Positions 18,483 to 28,865 of a DNA stretch of 64,000 nucleotides are shown here, piece by piece. The position numbers were made by a program, and so were the translations under genes. Below the pieces are notes generated by a model. That model saw only the letters and a list, made by a program, of their open reading frames with translations. It ran no database searches and was not told the DNA's origin. Positions within the stretch are counted from its first letter, which is position 1, and every line of letters starts with the position of its first letter. The DNA is from Candidatus Spongiisociaceae bacterium (GTDB lineage Bacteria > Actinomycetota > Acidimicrobiia > Spongiisociales > Spongiisociaceae), in the NCBI GenBank assembly GCA_965202675.1, contig OZ241842.1:2567074-2631073 (forward strand), given 5' to 3'.

Positions 18483-20932
18483 ACGCCGCCGGCCGCCCCG
18501 CGGTCTCCCTCAGCATCGACGGCCGGGAGGTCGAGGTTCCCGCCGGGGAGCTGCTGATCAAGGCGGCCGAGGACCACGGTTCCTACATCCCGCGTTTCTG
18601 CTGGCATCCCCGCATGAACCCGGTGGGCATGTGCCGCATGTGCCTGGTGGAGCTGGAAACCCCCAGGGGAAGCCTGATCATCCCCTCCTGCATGCAGCCG
18701 GTCAGCGACGGGATGGTGGTCAACACCGAGTCCGAGGCGGCCAAGAAAGCCCAGGAAGGGGTGCTGGAGTTCCTGCTGCTCAACCATCCCCTCGACTGCC
18801 CGGTGTGCGACAAGGGCGGTGAATGCCCCCTCCAGGACCAGACGATGACCTACGGCCCCGGCGAGAGCCGCTTCGTAGAAGAAAAACGCCACTTCGCCAA
18901 GCCCGTCCCCATCAGCGATTTGGTGCTGCTGGACCGGGAGCGCTGCATCCTCTGCGCCCGCTGCACCAGGTTCTCCGACGAGGTGTCGGGCGATCCCCTG
19001 ATCGAGTTCCACCACCGGGGCGGCGGCACCCAGGTGCTTACCTTCCCGGACGAGCCGTTCACCTCCTATTTCTCCGGCAACACCGTCCAGATCTGTCCGG
19101 TGGGGGCGCTGACCGCCGTTCCCTACCGGTTCCGCGCCCGGCCCTGGGATCTACAGACGGCCGAGAGCACCGGGGTGGTGCACACCGAAGGAAGCCGGCT
19201 GGCCGTCCACGCCTCCCAGAACCGGGTGCTGCGTTTCCTGGGGGTGGACACCGGGGCGGTCAACCAGGGCTGGCTGTCGGACAAGGAACGGTTCGGGTTC
19301 GAATACATCGGCTCTTCCGACCGGCTGCGCACTCCGCTGATCCGGGAAGGCGGCGGTTTCAGGGAGGCCGGCTGGGGGGAGGCGCTGGACCTGGCGGCGG
19401 AACGGCTGAGCGGGGTGATCGAAGAGTCGGGCGGGGGGGCGGCGGCGGCCCTGGGCGGGGCGCGGGGCACCAACGAGGACGCCTACGCCCTCTCGAAGTT
19501 CATGCGGGCGGCGGTCGGTTCCAACAACCTGGACGCCCAGCTCGGCGACGGCCTGGAAGCCCGTTTCCTGGCCGGGCTGGCCGGACGGGGGCGGATCGAC
19601 GACCTGGAGGCGGCGCGCACCATCCTGCTGTGGGGGCCCGACCTGAAAGAGACCCACCCCATCCTCTATCTGCGGGTGCGGAGGGCCGCCCAGGAGCTGG
19701 GGGCGCGCCTGGTGATCTTCCATCCCCGGCGCACCGGCCTGGACGACCGGGCGGCCTACAAGTTCACCTACCGGCCGGGGGACGGGCCGGAAGAGCTGGC
19801 GCGTTTCGCCGCCGGCGAGGGGCGGTACGCCGCCGCCCGGGAAGCCATGGACGAGGGCCCCCTGGTGGCGTTGGCGGGCCGCCCCGGCCTGGCCGAACAC
19901 CCCCGCCTGGCCGAGTCGGTGGCCGCCTTCGCCCTCCGCCGGGGCGGGGCCGTCCTGCCGCTGGTCCACCGGGGCAACACCTTCGGGGCGCTGGACATGG
20001 GGGCGGCGCCCGACCTGCTGCCCGGCCGGGTCCCCACCGTCGCCGAAGGCCTGGCCCCCGAGCTGCTGGAAGCCTGGGGCGAGCTGCCCGGCGCGCCCGG
20101 CCTGGACGCCCTGGGCATCGCCGAGGCGGCGGCCGCCGGCGAGATCGGTTTCCTGCTCCTGTGCGGTTCCGATCCGGTGCGCGACCTGGTGGGCTTCGAC
20201 GGTGGAGCGGCCCTGGAGGGGGCCGGTTTCGTGGCCGCCGTCGACCTGTTCCTCACCGACTCCTCGCGCCGGGCCGATGTGGTGTTCCCCGCCCTGGGCT
20301 TCACAGAGAAGAAGGGCACGGTCACCAACCTGGAGGGCCGGGTGCAGATGGTCAACCTCCTGGTGCCGGGGCCGGGGCAGGCGCGGGCCGACTGGTCGAT
20401 CCTGGACGACCTGGCCGCCCGGCTGGGCCGCCCGATCGGGCTGGCCTCCGGAAAGGAGATCACCGACGAGATCGCCCGCACGGCGCCCGCCTACGCCGGC
20501 GTTACCTGGGACTACCTCGAATGGGAAGCCAGGGAAGGGGCGGTGGTCCCCCTCGAGGGGGCCGTCCAACCCCTCCGGTACGAGCCGCAGCCCTTCGCTC
20601 CGGCGGACGGGGCGGACGGCCGCCCGGCCGTTCATCTGGCCCGCACCATGTACGACGACGGGGTCATGCTGCGGCACTGCCCCTCCCTGTCCGGCCAGGC
20701 GCCGGGCGCCGCCGCCTACCTGACCCCGGATCACGCCGCCTCCCTCGGGGCGGCGGAGGGCGACCCGATCGAGGTTGTCCTGGGGAGCGGCTCGATGACC
20801 CTGCCGGTGCGGCTGGATCCGACCCTCCATGAAGATGTTGTCTACGTTCCCTTCAACCAGCCCGGCGCGGCGGGGCTGGGGGGGCTGGTGGGCGCCTTCG
20901 GTGCGCCGGCGCCGGGCGGAGGGGAGCTCTGA
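18479..20932 (+). CDS. nuoG: NADH-quinone oxidoreductase subunit G
   Basis: IPRFCWH, GMCRMCLVE, NHPLDCPVCDKGGECPLQD, CILCARC. Confidence 0.95.
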   Translation: MNAAGRPAVSLSIDGREVEVPAGELLIKAAEDHGSYIPRFCWHPRMNPVGMCRMCLVELETPRGSLIIPSCMQPVSDGMVVNTESEAAKKAQEGVLEFLLLNHPLDCPVCDKGGECPLQDQTMTYGPGESRFVEEKRHFAKPVPISDLVLLDRERCILCARCTRFSDEVSGDPLIEFHHRGGGTQVLTFPDEPFTSYFSGNTVQICPVGALTAVPYRFRARPWDLQTAESTGVVHTEGSRLAVHASQNRVLRFLGVDTGAVNQGWLSDKERFGFEYIGSSDRLRTPLIREGGGFREAGWGEALDLAAERLSGVIEESGGGAAAALGGARGTNEDAYALSKFMRAAVGSNNLDAQLGDGLEARFLAGLAGRGRIDDLEAARTILLWGPDLKETHPILYLRVRRAAQELGARLVIFHPRRTGLDDRAAYKFTYRPGDGPEELARFAAGEGRYAAAREAMDEGPLVALAGRPGLAEHPRLAESVAAFALRRGGAVLPLVHRGNTFGALDMGAAPDLLPGRVPTVAEGLAPELLEAWGELPGAPGLDALGIAEAAAAGEIGFLLLCGSDPVRDLVGFDGGAALEGAGFVAAVDLFLTDSSRRADVVFPALGFTEKKGTVTNLEGRVQMVNLLVPGPGQARADWSILDDLAARLGRPIGLASGKEITDEIARTAPAYAGVTWDYLEWEAREGAVVPLEGAVQPLRYEPQPFAPADGADGRPAVHLARTMYDDGVMLRHCPSLSGQAPGAAAYLTPDHAASLGAAEGDPIEVVLGSGSMTLPVRLDPTLHEDVVYVPFNQPGAAGLGGLVGAFGAPAPGGGEL

Positions 20933-22017
20933 TGGACTGGATCGACGTGCTCCTGGCCGCCGCCCGGACGGTGACGGTGTTCGCCCTGCTGATGGGGGCG
21001 TGCACCCTGCTGGTCTGGTTCGAGCGCAAGATCGTGGCCGATATGCAGAACCGGGTGGGGCCGGACCGGGCCGGTCCGTGGGGGATACTCCAGACGGTGG
21101 CCGACGGCGTGAAGCTGTTCTTCAAAGAGCAGGTAACCCCCCGCAAGGTGGAGCTGGGCCTCTATCTGGCCGCGCCCATGCTGGCCGCCGTCCCCGCCTT
21201 CCTGATGTTCATGGTGATTCCGTTCGGGCGGCCCTTCACCATCACCCTGGGCGGGGCGGAGCGGACGGTGCCCCTCCAGGGCGCCGACCTCAACGTGGGG
21301 CTGCTCTACATACTCGCCATGTCGTCGGTGGCCGTCTACGCGGTGGTGCTGGCCGGCTGGTCGTCGGGATCCAAATACCCGCTGCTGGGCGGGGTGAGGG
21401 CCACCGCCCAGGCCATCTCCTACGAGGCCGCCATGGGGCTGTCCCTGGTGCCGGTGGTGCTCCTCACCGGTTCGATGCGCATCTCCGAGATCGTGGCCTC
21501 CCAGAGCTCCACCCTCACCTTCCTGGACTGGCCGGTCGGCGTCCCCGCCTGGAACGTGATCGTGCTGGCCCCCTCGTTCCTGATCTTTTTCATCGCGGCG
21601 GTGGCGGAGACCAACCGGGCGCCCTTCGACCTGGTGGAGGCCGAGCAGGAGATCGTGGGCGGGTTCCACACCGAATACTCCGGCCTGCGCTTCGCTCTGT
21701 TCTTCCTGGCCGAGTACATCAACATCTTCACCATGTCGGCCCTGGCGGTTACCCTGTTCTTCGGAGGCTGGTCGGGTCCCACCTGGGACCGGATCCTGCC
21801 CCCCCTGGTGAGCGGCCTGCTCCCCACCGTGTGGTTCCTGCTCAAGGTGCTGGTGTTCCTGTTCCTGTACGTGTGGCTGCGGGCCACCCTCCCGCGTCTG
21901 CGTTACGACCAGCTGATGACCCTGGGCTGGAAGCGGCTGATCCCCGCCTCCCTGATCTGGCTGTTCTTCATAGGGGGGGCGCTGGCCGTCCGCCGTTTCG
22001 GACCGCCCTGGAGCTGA
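20932..22017 (+). CDS. nuoH: NADH-quinone oxidoreductase subunit H
   Basis: ERKIVADMQNRVGP, ETNRAPFDLVEAEQE, RATLPRLRYDQLM. Confidence 0.96.
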   Translation: MDWIDVLLAAARTVTVFALLMGACTLLVWFERKIVADMQNRVGPDRAGPWGILQTVADGVKLFFKEQVTPRKVELGLYLAAPMLAAVPAFLMFMVIPFGRPFTITLGGAERTVPLQGADLNVGLLYILAMSSVAVYAVVLAGWSSGSKYPLLGGVRATAQAISYEAAMGLSLVPVVLLTGSMRISEIVASQSSTLTFLDWPVGVPAWNVIVLAPSFLIFFIAAVAETNRAPFDLVEAEQEIVGGFHTEYSGLRFALFFLAEYINIFTMSALAVTLFFGGWSGPTWDRILPPLVSGLLPTVWFLLKVLVFLFLYVWLRATLPRLRYDQLMTLGWKRLIPASLIWLFFIGGALAVRRFGPPWS

Positions 22018-22020
22018 TGT

Positions 22021-22704
22021 ATGGCTGACAGATCCGCCAAGACCGGGGCGGGGCCGCTGGAGGCCTTCTTCAAGGGCATGGCCGTAACGGGCCGCCAGTT
22101 CATCGCCACCGTGTTCGGGCGGGGTCTGGTAACCACCAGATACCCCCAGGAGATGCGGGAGAAACCCCAGCGCTTCCACGGCCGCCACGTGCTCAACCGC
22201 TACGAGGACGGCATGGAGAAATGCATCGGCTGCGAGCTGTGCGCCGGGGCGTGCCCGGCCCGCTGCATCTACGTCCGGGGGGCCGACAACCACCCGGACG
22301 ATCCGGTCAGCCCGGGCGAGCGCTACGGCTTCGTCTACGAGATCAACATGCTGCGGTGCATCTTCTGCGGGCTGTGCGTGGAGGCCTGCCCCACCGAGGC
22401 CATAACCCACACCCGGCTGTTCGAGATGTCCACCACCGACAGGACCGACGCCATCTACACCAAGACGGAGCTGCTGGTGGACGCCGACGGGCAGCCCAAC
22501 CACATGTTCGAATCCGACCGGCTGGCCGACTTCGGCGAGCTCGAGCAGGCGGACGGCTGGATGCGCGCCACCGCCCCCCAGGGGAGGGCCGCCTACGAGG
22601 GGCGGGTTTCCTGGTCGGGTTCGGCGGGGGTGGGGGTGCGGCCTCCCGAGGAGGGGCAGTCCGGCCTCCCCGAAGCCGAAGAGACGGAGGAGGGCGGCGC
22701 CTGA
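22021..22704 (+). CDS. nuoI: NADH-quinone oxidoreductase subunit I
   Basis: [12 protein letters not shown] and [12 protein letters not shown]. Confidence 0.96.
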   Translation: MADRSAKTGAGPLEAFFKGMAVTGRQFIATVFGRGLVTTRYPQEMREKPQRFHGRHVLNRYEDGMEKCIGCELCAGACPARCIYVRGADNHPDDPVSPGERYGFVYEINMLRCIFCGLCVEACPTEAITHTRLFEMSTTDRTDAIYTKTELLVDADGQPNHMFESDRLADFGELEQADGWMRATAPQGRAAYEGRVSWSGSAGVGVRPPEEGQSGLPEAEETEEGGA

Positions 22705-23333
22705 TGGTGGAGCTGGTCATCTTCGTGCTCATGGGGGCGGTAACCCTGGGAGGGGCGGTTACGGTGATCAGAGCCCGCAACCCGGTGTACGGGGCCATGG
22801 GGCTGATGGCCGCCCTGTTCGCCCTGGCGGTCTTCTACGTGGTCCACCTGGCCCACTTCGTTGCGGCGGTGCAGGTGATCGTGTACGCCGGGGCGGTCAT
22901 CACCCTGTTCCTGTTCGTGATCATGTTCGTGGGCGTGGACCGGGCCGAGCGCTTCACCGAGAAGCTGGCGGTGCAGCGCCCCGCCGCCCTGATCGTGCTG
23001 GCGGGGGTGCTGGCGCTGGCCGGAGCGCTGGTGATCACCGGCCAGTTCGACTGGGTGATCACCACCGGAGATGAAGCCGCCGAAGTGCAGGGGACGGTCG
23101 AGGAGATCGGCGGGAACCTCATCTCGGTAGAGGAGGGGGGCGGCCGGCGGGCCTCCCGTTGGCTGCTGCCCTTCGAGGCCACATCCCTGCTGCTGATCGC
23201 GGCGGCGGTGGGCGCCATCGCCCTGGCCTTCTACCGGCCCCGCCGCAAGGACGAACCCGGCGGGGAAGACGCCGGCGCGGAGCAGCCCGGCGCCCCGTCA
23301 CCGAGCGGTTCCGTCACGGGCGGTCCGTCATGA
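22704..23333 (+). CDS. nuoJ: NADH-quinone oxidoreductase subunit J
   Basis: [28 protein letters not shown]. Confidence 0.93.
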   Translation: MVELVIFVLMGAVTLGGAVTVIRARNPVYGAMGLMAALFALAVFYVVHLAHFVAAVQVIVYAGAVITLFLFVIMFVGVDRAERFTEKLAVQRPAALIVLAGVLALAGALVITGQFDWVITTGDEAAEVQGTVEEIGGNLISVEEGGGRRASRWLLPFEATSLLLIAAAVGAIALAFYRPRRKDEPGGEDAGAEQPGAPSPSGSVTGGPS

Positions 23334-23635
23334 TCGTTACGGCCGGCTGGTACATGACCCTGGCGGCGGTGCTGTTCCTGACGGGCATGGCCGGGCTGCT
23401 GCTCCGCAACAACGCCCTGGTCATGTTCATGTCGGTGGAGCTGATGCTCAACGCCGTCAACCTGACCTTCATAGCGGCGGCCCGCGCCCACGGGGACATC
23501 GGCGGGCAGATGGCGGTGCTGTTCGTGTTGGTGGTGGCGGCGGCCGAGGTGGCGGTGGGGTTGGCCATCATCGTGTCGGTCTTCCGCACCCGGCAGACCG
23601 CCTCCGTGGACGACCTGTCGGAGCTTTCGGGATGA
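23330..23635 (+). CDS. nuoK: NADH-quinone oxidoreductase subunit K
   Basis: [23 protein letters not shown]. Confidence 0.95.
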   Translation: MIVTAGWYMTLAAVLFLTGMAGLLLRNNALVMFMSVELMLNAVNLTFIAAARAHGDIGGQMAVLFVLVVAAAEVAVGLAIIVSVFRTRQTASVDDLSELSG

Positions 23636-23677
23636 CCGCCGCGCCTCCGTCCGCCGCCGCGCCGGAGGAGCGGCGGG

Positions 23678-25591
23678 ATGGTTGATTTCCTGGTCGATTA
23701 CCTGTGGGTGGTCATCGCCCTGCCGCTGGGGGCGGCTCTGCTGAACCACTTCCTGGGGCGGCGGATCGGAGAGCCGCGGGCGGCCGTTCTGGCCGTCCTG
23801 GCGGTGGCCGGTTCCTTCGGGTTCGCGGCCCTGGCGTCCGTCGATTTCTTCATCTCCGGGCGCGCCTCCGAGCAGGCGGTCGCCGTGGTTCCGCTCTTCG
23901 ACTGGATACCCGGCCTGGGGGCGGCCGCCGAGCTGCTGTGGGATCCGATGTCCGCCGTCATGACCCTGGTGGTTACCGGGGTGGGCGCCCTGATCCACAT
24001 CTATGCGGTGGGCTACATGCATGGCGACCCCCGGTTCGACCGCTTCTTCACCTACCTGAACCTGTTCATCGCCTCCATGCTGATCCTGGTGCTGGCCAAC
24101 AACTTCGCCCTGCTGTTCGTGGGCTGGGAGCTGGTGGGCCTCTGCTCCTACCTGTTGATCTCCTTCTGGCAGACCCGCCCCTCGGCGGCCGCCGCCGGCA
24201 AGAAAGCCTTCGTGGTCAACCGCATCGGCGACTTCGGTTTCATGGTGGCGCTGATGGTGATCTTCGCCTCCTTCGGCACCCTCTCCTACACGGAGGTGCT
24301 GCACGGCCCGGGGGAGGTGATCGGGGCGGGTACCGCAACCGCTGTCTGCCTGCTGCTGCTGGTGGGGGCGGCCGGCAAGTCCGCCCAGCTGCCCCTGTAC
24401 GTGTGGCTGCCGGACGCCATGGAAGGCCCCACTCCGGTCTCCGCCCTCATCCACGCCGCCACCATGGTCACCGCAGGCGTATACATGGTGGCCCGCACCG
24501 GGGCCCTGTTCGGCCTCTCCGACGTTGCCGGCGGGGTGACGGCGGGGATCGGGGCGCTCACCGCCCTGCTGGCCGCCACCATCGCCGTCGCCCAGCGGGA
24601 CATCAAGCGGGTGCTGGCCTATTCCACCATCAGCCAGCTCGGTTACATGTTCATGGCGGTGGGGGCGGCGGGTTACGCGGCCGGCTTGTTCCATCTGGTA
24701 ACCCACGCCGTGTTCAAGGCGCTCCTGTTCCTGGGGGCCGGCTCGGTGATCCACGCCATGGCCGGAGAGCAGGACATGGAACGGATGGGCGGTCTGCGGC
24801 GCAGGATGCCGGTCACCCACCTCACCATGCTGGTTGCGGTCCTCGCCATCGCCGGCATCCCCCCGCTGGCCGGTTTCTGGTCGAAAGACGAGATCCTGGC
24901 GGTGCTGTTCGCCAAGGGCGGCTACTACACCTTCCTATGGGGGGTGGGCGTGCTGGCCGCTCTGCTGACTGCTTTCTACATGGCGCGGCAGTACTTCCTA
25001 GTGTTCGGGGGGAGGGCGCGCTGGGCGGAAGGGGCGGAGCCGCACGAATCGCCCCGGATTATGACCGCGCCGCTGGCGGTCCTGGCCGTCCTCACCGCGG
25101 TGATCGGGTTCGTCAACACCCCCTTCCGCCTGGCTTTCGAACACTTCCTGGAACCGGCCTTTGAGGGGGTGTATCTGGCCCACGCCCCCGAGGACGGATT
25201 CCTGGTCGCGGCGCTGGCGCTGGTGTCGGCTGCGGCCGGGGCGGTGGGGATCGCCGCCGCCTACCTGGTCTACAGCCGTGCATCCGAGGAGGCCAGGGAG
25301 CGGATGCTGGGCTGGGTGCGCCGCCCGTTCATGGCCTGGGAGCACGGCTACTGGGTGGACGACGTCTACGGGCGGCTGATCGTGAAACCGGGCCTGGCCC
25401 TGGCCCAATGGTGCGCAGGCTTCGTCGACCAGCGGGTGATCGACGGGCTGGTCGACGGGGTGGGCGGTGCGGTGCGGCGGGCGGGCCTGCGCCTGCGGCC
25501 CCTCCAGTCCGGGTTCGTGCGCTCCTACGGGGCGCTGCTGGCGGCCGGGGCGGTAGGGCTGGCGGCCTGGATCGTGACCAGGGGCCTGTAG
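23678..25591 (+). CDS. nuoL: NADH-quinone oxidoreductase subunit L
   Basis: GWELVGLCSYLLI, GKSAQLPLYVWLPDAMEGPTPVSALIHAATMV. Confidence 0.97.
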   Translation: MVDFLVDYLWVVIALPLGAALLNHFLGRRIGEPRAAVLAVLAVAGSFGFAALASVDFFISGRASEQAVAVVPLFDWIPGLGAAAELLWDPMSAVMTLVVTGVGALIHIYAVGYMHGDPRFDRFFTYLNLFIASMLILVLANNFALLFVGWELVGLCSYLLISFWQTRPSAAAAGKKAFVVNRIGDFGFMVALMVIFASFGTLSYTEVLHGPGEVIGAGTATAVCLLLLVGAAGKSAQLPLYVWLPDAMEGPTPVSALIHAATMVTAGVYMVARTGALFGLSDVAGGVTAGIGALTALLAATIAVAQRDIKRVLAYSTISQLGYMFMAVGAAGYAAGLFHLVTHAVFKALLFLGAGSVIHAMAGEQDMERMGGLRRRMPVTHLTMLVAVLAIAGIPPLAGFWSKDEILAVLFAKGGYYTFLWGVGVLAALLTAFYMARQYFLVFGGRARWAEGAEPHESPRIMTAPLAVLAVLTAVIGFVNTPFRLAFEHFLEPAFEGVYLAHAPEDGFLVAALALVSAAAGAVGIAAAYLVYSRASEEARERMLGWVRRPFMAWEHGYWVDDVYGRLIVKPGLALAQWCAGFVDQRVIDGLVDGVGGAVRRAGLRLRPLQSGFVRSYGALLAAGAVGLAAWIVTRGL

Positions 25592-25603
25592 GGGCGGCCG
25601 GGG

Positions 25604-27160
25604 ATGGCGGAGATGGATTTCCCGGTGCTCAGCGCCCTGGTGCTGACCCCCGCCCTGGGGGCGGCCGTGCTGATGCTGATCCCCGAGCGGCGGCGGGAGC
25701 TGATCCGCCCGCTGGGGGTGGTGCTGGCCTTGTTGCCCCTGCCGCTGGCGGGCTGGCTGTACGCCGATTTCGAGCGGGGGGTGGCCGGATTCCAGTACGT
25801 GGAACGGGCGCCTTGGATCGACCGGCTGGGGGTGGAGTGGCACCTGGGGGTGGACGGCATCTCGCTGCTCCTGGTGGTGCTCACCGCCGTGCTGGTGCCG
25901 GCGGCGCTGGGTGCATCCATGGGGATCGACCACCGGGTCAAGTTGTTCGCGGCCATGACCCTGCTGCTGGAGGCGGGGCTGATCGGGGTGTTCCTGTCGC
26001 TCGACCTTTTCCTGTTCTTCGTGTTCTTCGAGGCGATCCTGATCCCGATGGCCTTCATCATCGGCATCTGGGGGAGCGAGAACCGCATCTACGCGGCGGT
26101 GAAGTTCTTCCTGTACACGGCCTTCGGATCGGCGCTGATGCTGGCCGGGATCATCGCCCTGGCTTTCATCCACCGCGACCAGACCGGGCTGCTGGGCTTC
26201 TCGTATCCGGCCATGCTGGGCCTCGACCTCGATCCGGCCGTCCAGAGGTGGCTGTTCGCCGCCTTCGCTCTGGCCTTCGCCATCAAGGTGCCGGTGTTTC
26301 CGTTTCACACCTGGCTGCCGGACGCCCATGTCGAGGCGCCCACCGCCGGTTCGGTGCTGCTGGCCGGAGTGCTGCTGAAGCTCGGGACCTACGGCCTGCT
26401 CCGCTTCAACCTGCCGCTGTTTCCCGACGCCACCCTGGCCTTTGTCCCCCTCTTGGCCGTGCTGGCGGTGGCGGGGATAATCTACGGGGCGGCGGTGGCC
26501 ATCGTCCAGCCCGACCTGAAGAAGCTGGTGGCCTATTCCTCGGTCAGCCACCTGGGGTTCATCGTGCTGGGCACCTTTGCCCTTACCTCTCAGAGCCTCC
26601 AGGGGGGAGTCATCCAGATGGTCAACCACGGGCTCACCACCGGCGCCCTGTTCCTGCTGGTCGGGATCCTCTACGAACGCCGCCATACCAAGCTGATCGC
26701 CGATTTCGGCGGGCTGGCCTCCTCCATGCCGGTGTTCGCCGGGCTGTTCCTGTTCATCGCCTTCGCCTCGATCGGCCTGCCCGGACTGAACGGGTTCGTG
26801 GGCGAGTTCCTGATCCTGGTGGGGGGCTACCCCACCCTGCCCGTCTACGTGATCCTGGCGGCGGCGGGGGTGATCCTGGCGGCGGTGTACCTGTTGTGGG
26901 CCTACGAGCGGGTCTTCACCGGCAAGATCACCAATCCGGCCAACCAGGGGCTGGCCGACCTGTCCCCGGGGGAGGCCCTGGTGTTCGCTCCGCTGGTGGC
27001 GTTGATCATCCTGCTGGGGGTGTATCCGAAGCCGGCGCTGGACGTGATCGGGCCTTCCACCGACGCGGTGCTGGCTCGGATCGAGGCGGCAACGGAATAC
27101 AGGGCGCCCGATCCGGGCGGGCCGGGTTTCGTGTTCTCCTCGGAGGGCGGCGGCGGCTGA
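25604..27160 (+). CDS. nuoM: NADH-quinone oxidoreductase subunit M
   Basis: PFHTWLPDAHVEAPT, AYSSVSHLG, LPGLNGFVGEF. Confidence 0.97.
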   Translation: MAEMDFPVLSALVLTPALGAAVLMLIPERRRELIRPLGVVLALLPLPLAGWLYADFERGVAGFQYVERAPWIDRLGVEWHLGVDGISLLLVVLTAVLVPAALGASMGIDHRVKLFAAMTLLLEAGLIGVFLSLDLFLFFVFFEAILIPMAFIIGIWGSENRIYAAVKFFLYTAFGSALMLAGIIALAFIHRDQTGLLGFSYPAMLGLDLDPAVQRWLFAAFALAFAIKVPVFPFHTWLPDAHVEAPTAGSVLLAGVLLKLGTYGLLRFNLPLFPDATLAFVPLLAVLAVAGIIYGAAVAIVQPDLKKLVAYSSVSHLGFIVLGTFALTSQSLQGGVIQMVNHGLTTGALFLLVGILYERRHTKLIADFGGLASSMPVFAGLFLFIAFASIGLPGLNGFVGEFLILVGGYPTLPVYVILAAAGVILAAVYLLWAYERVFTGKITNPANQGLADLSPGEALVFAPLVALIILLGVYPKPALDVIGPSTDAVLARIEAATEYRAPDPGGPGFVFSSEGGGG

Positions 27161-27184
27161 TGGGGCGATGCGGGTGATGGTCTG

Positions 27185-28633
27185 ATGTTCGACGTTTCCT
27201 ACCTGTCGATCGCGCCCGAGATGGTGCTGGTGCTGGGGGCGGTGGCGGTGTTGATGGTGGACGTGTTCGCCAAGCCGCCCGCCCGGGTTCACGGATGGCT
27301 GGCCTCTCTGACCTATCTGGCCGCCGGGGCGATGATCGCCTGGCAGTGGATGCGGCTGGAGGCCGGGCGCGGCGGGCTGTCCTTCGGCGGGACCCTGGTG
27401 CTCCATCCCTGGTCGGTCGCGGTGAGGGCGGTGCTGCTGACGGCGGCGGTGCTGGGCACTCTCTGCGCCTGGGAGATGCTGAGAGGGCTGCGCCGGCGGA
27501 TGGCGGAGGGGCTCAGCATGGTGCTGGTGGCCGCCGCCGGTTTCATGCTCATGGGCGCCTCGGTGGACCTGGTGATGGTGTTCATCGCCCTGGAGATCGG
27601 CTCGATCGCCCTCTACGTGTTGGCCGGGATCGTGCGCACCTCCCCGGCGGGGGACGAGGCGGCCATCAAATACTTTCTGTTGGGCGCCTTCGCGTCGGCC
27701 GTCTTCATCTACGGGGGGGCGCTGGCCTACGCCGGCGCCGGCGCCACCAACCTGTTCGACATCCAGCAGTTCCTGGGGATGTACCACACGGCCCGCCCGG
27801 CGGTGATCCTGATCGGCATGTCGCTTCTGGTGGTGGGCATGGGCTTCAAGATAACCGCCGCCCCGTTCCATTCCTGGGCGCCGGACGTCTACCAGGGCGC
27901 CCCGGCGGGGGTGGTGGGGTTCATGGCGGCGGCCGCCAAGGTGGGCGGCTTCGCCGCCCTGGTCAACATCCTGTTCATCGGCTTCGCCCGCTACCAGGCG
28001 GCGTGGAGCGACGGCTTGGCGGTGATAGCCGCCCTGTCGGTGGCGGTCGGGACGCTGCTGGCGATCGGGCAGTCCGACGTGCGCCGGATGCTGGCCTATT
28101 CGGGGGTGGCCCACGCCGGTTTCCTGCTTACCGGCATGACCGCCGGCGTTCCCGCCATGGGGGGGCTGCTGTTCTATCTGGGCACATATTCTGTGATGCT
28201 GATAGCGGCTTTCGCGGCGGTTACCGCGGTGAGCGGACCGGCGGCTTCCGGCAGCTCATTCGACGAGTACCGGGGGTTGGGCAGGCGCGCTCCGGCGGCG
28301 GCGGCGGCGCTGGCCTTCATGATGATCGCCATGTCGGGAATGCCGCTCACCACCGGATTCATCGGCAAGTTCCAGATGTTCACCGCCGCCTGGGACGCCG
28401 GGTACCGCTGGCTGGTGATCGCGGGGCTGGCGGCATCGGCGGCGGCCTTCTTTTTCTACCTGCGCCTGGTGGTGCTCATGTATTTCCGCCCCGGCGAGGA
28501 CGACAGAGAGGCCGAGGCGCTGCCGTTGCCCGCCGGGATACGCTGGGTGCTGCTGTTCTCGACGGCGGTCACCCTGGTGTTCGGTGTATACCCCGGCCCG
28601 CTGCTCGGATGGTTGAGCCAGACCGGCGGCTGA
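27185..28633 (+). CDS. nuoN: NADH-quinone oxidoreductase subunit N
   Basis: FKITAAPFHSWAPDVYQGAP, RMLAYSGVAHAG. Confidence 0.96.
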   Translation: MFDVSYLSIAPEMVLVLGAVAVLMVDVFAKPPARVHGWLASLTYLAAGAMIAWQWMRLEAGRGGLSFGGTLVLHPWSVAVRAVLLTAAVLGTLCAWEMLRGLRRRMAEGLSMVLVAAAGFMLMGASVDLVMVFIALEIGSIALYVLAGIVRTSPAGDEAAIKYFLLGAFASAVFIYGGALAYAGAGATNLFDIQQFLGMYHTARPAVILIGMSLLVVGMGFKITAAPFHSWAPDVYQGAPAGVVGFMAAAAKVGGFAALVNILFIGFARYQAAWSDGLAVIAALSVAVGTLLAIGQSDVRRMLAYSGVAHAGFLLTGMTAGVPAMGGLLFYLGTYSVMLIAAFAAVTAVSGPAASGSSFDEYRGLGRRAPAAAAALAFMMIAMSGMPLTTGFIGKFQMFTAAWDAGYRWLVIAGLAASAAAFFFYLRLVVLMYFRPGEDDREAEALPLPAGIRWVLLFSTAVTLVFGVYPGPLLGWLSQTGG

Positions 28634-28747
28634 CTGCTCTCCGCCGGGCGCCTCCGTCCGTCGGTGGATACAGGATTAGTCCGGATGCGTGTTAGGATCG
28701 CGCCGGTGTCTGCTCCGCCCGATGCGCCCCGGTTGTTGACATAGGGT

Positions 28748-28774
28748 TTGATTAATCGGGGGGGGGGGTAGTAT
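28748..28774 (+). promoter_or_regulatory. putative sigma70-type promoter with a G11 tract in the spacer
   Basis: TTGATT-AATCGGGGGGGGGGG-TAGTAT (15-nt spacer, G run 28758-28768). Confidence 0.4.
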
Positions 28775-28865
28775 CAGGGATGTTTGCTGTAATCTGTGTG
28801 CCCTGGTCGGCGCTTGGCGGGCTGTGCTCTCCGGCGGCGGTCGGCAACTTACGGAGGAGGTCGCG

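Noticed and set aside
24998..28114. 1038-aa minus-strand ORF and other long antisense or alternate-frame ORFs (e.g. 4516-7101, 16302-18434, 18823-20832, 40337-43132, 49410-51830)
   Set aside because: Shadows of real genes in high-GC DNA; no motifs, and they overlap well-supported CDSs.
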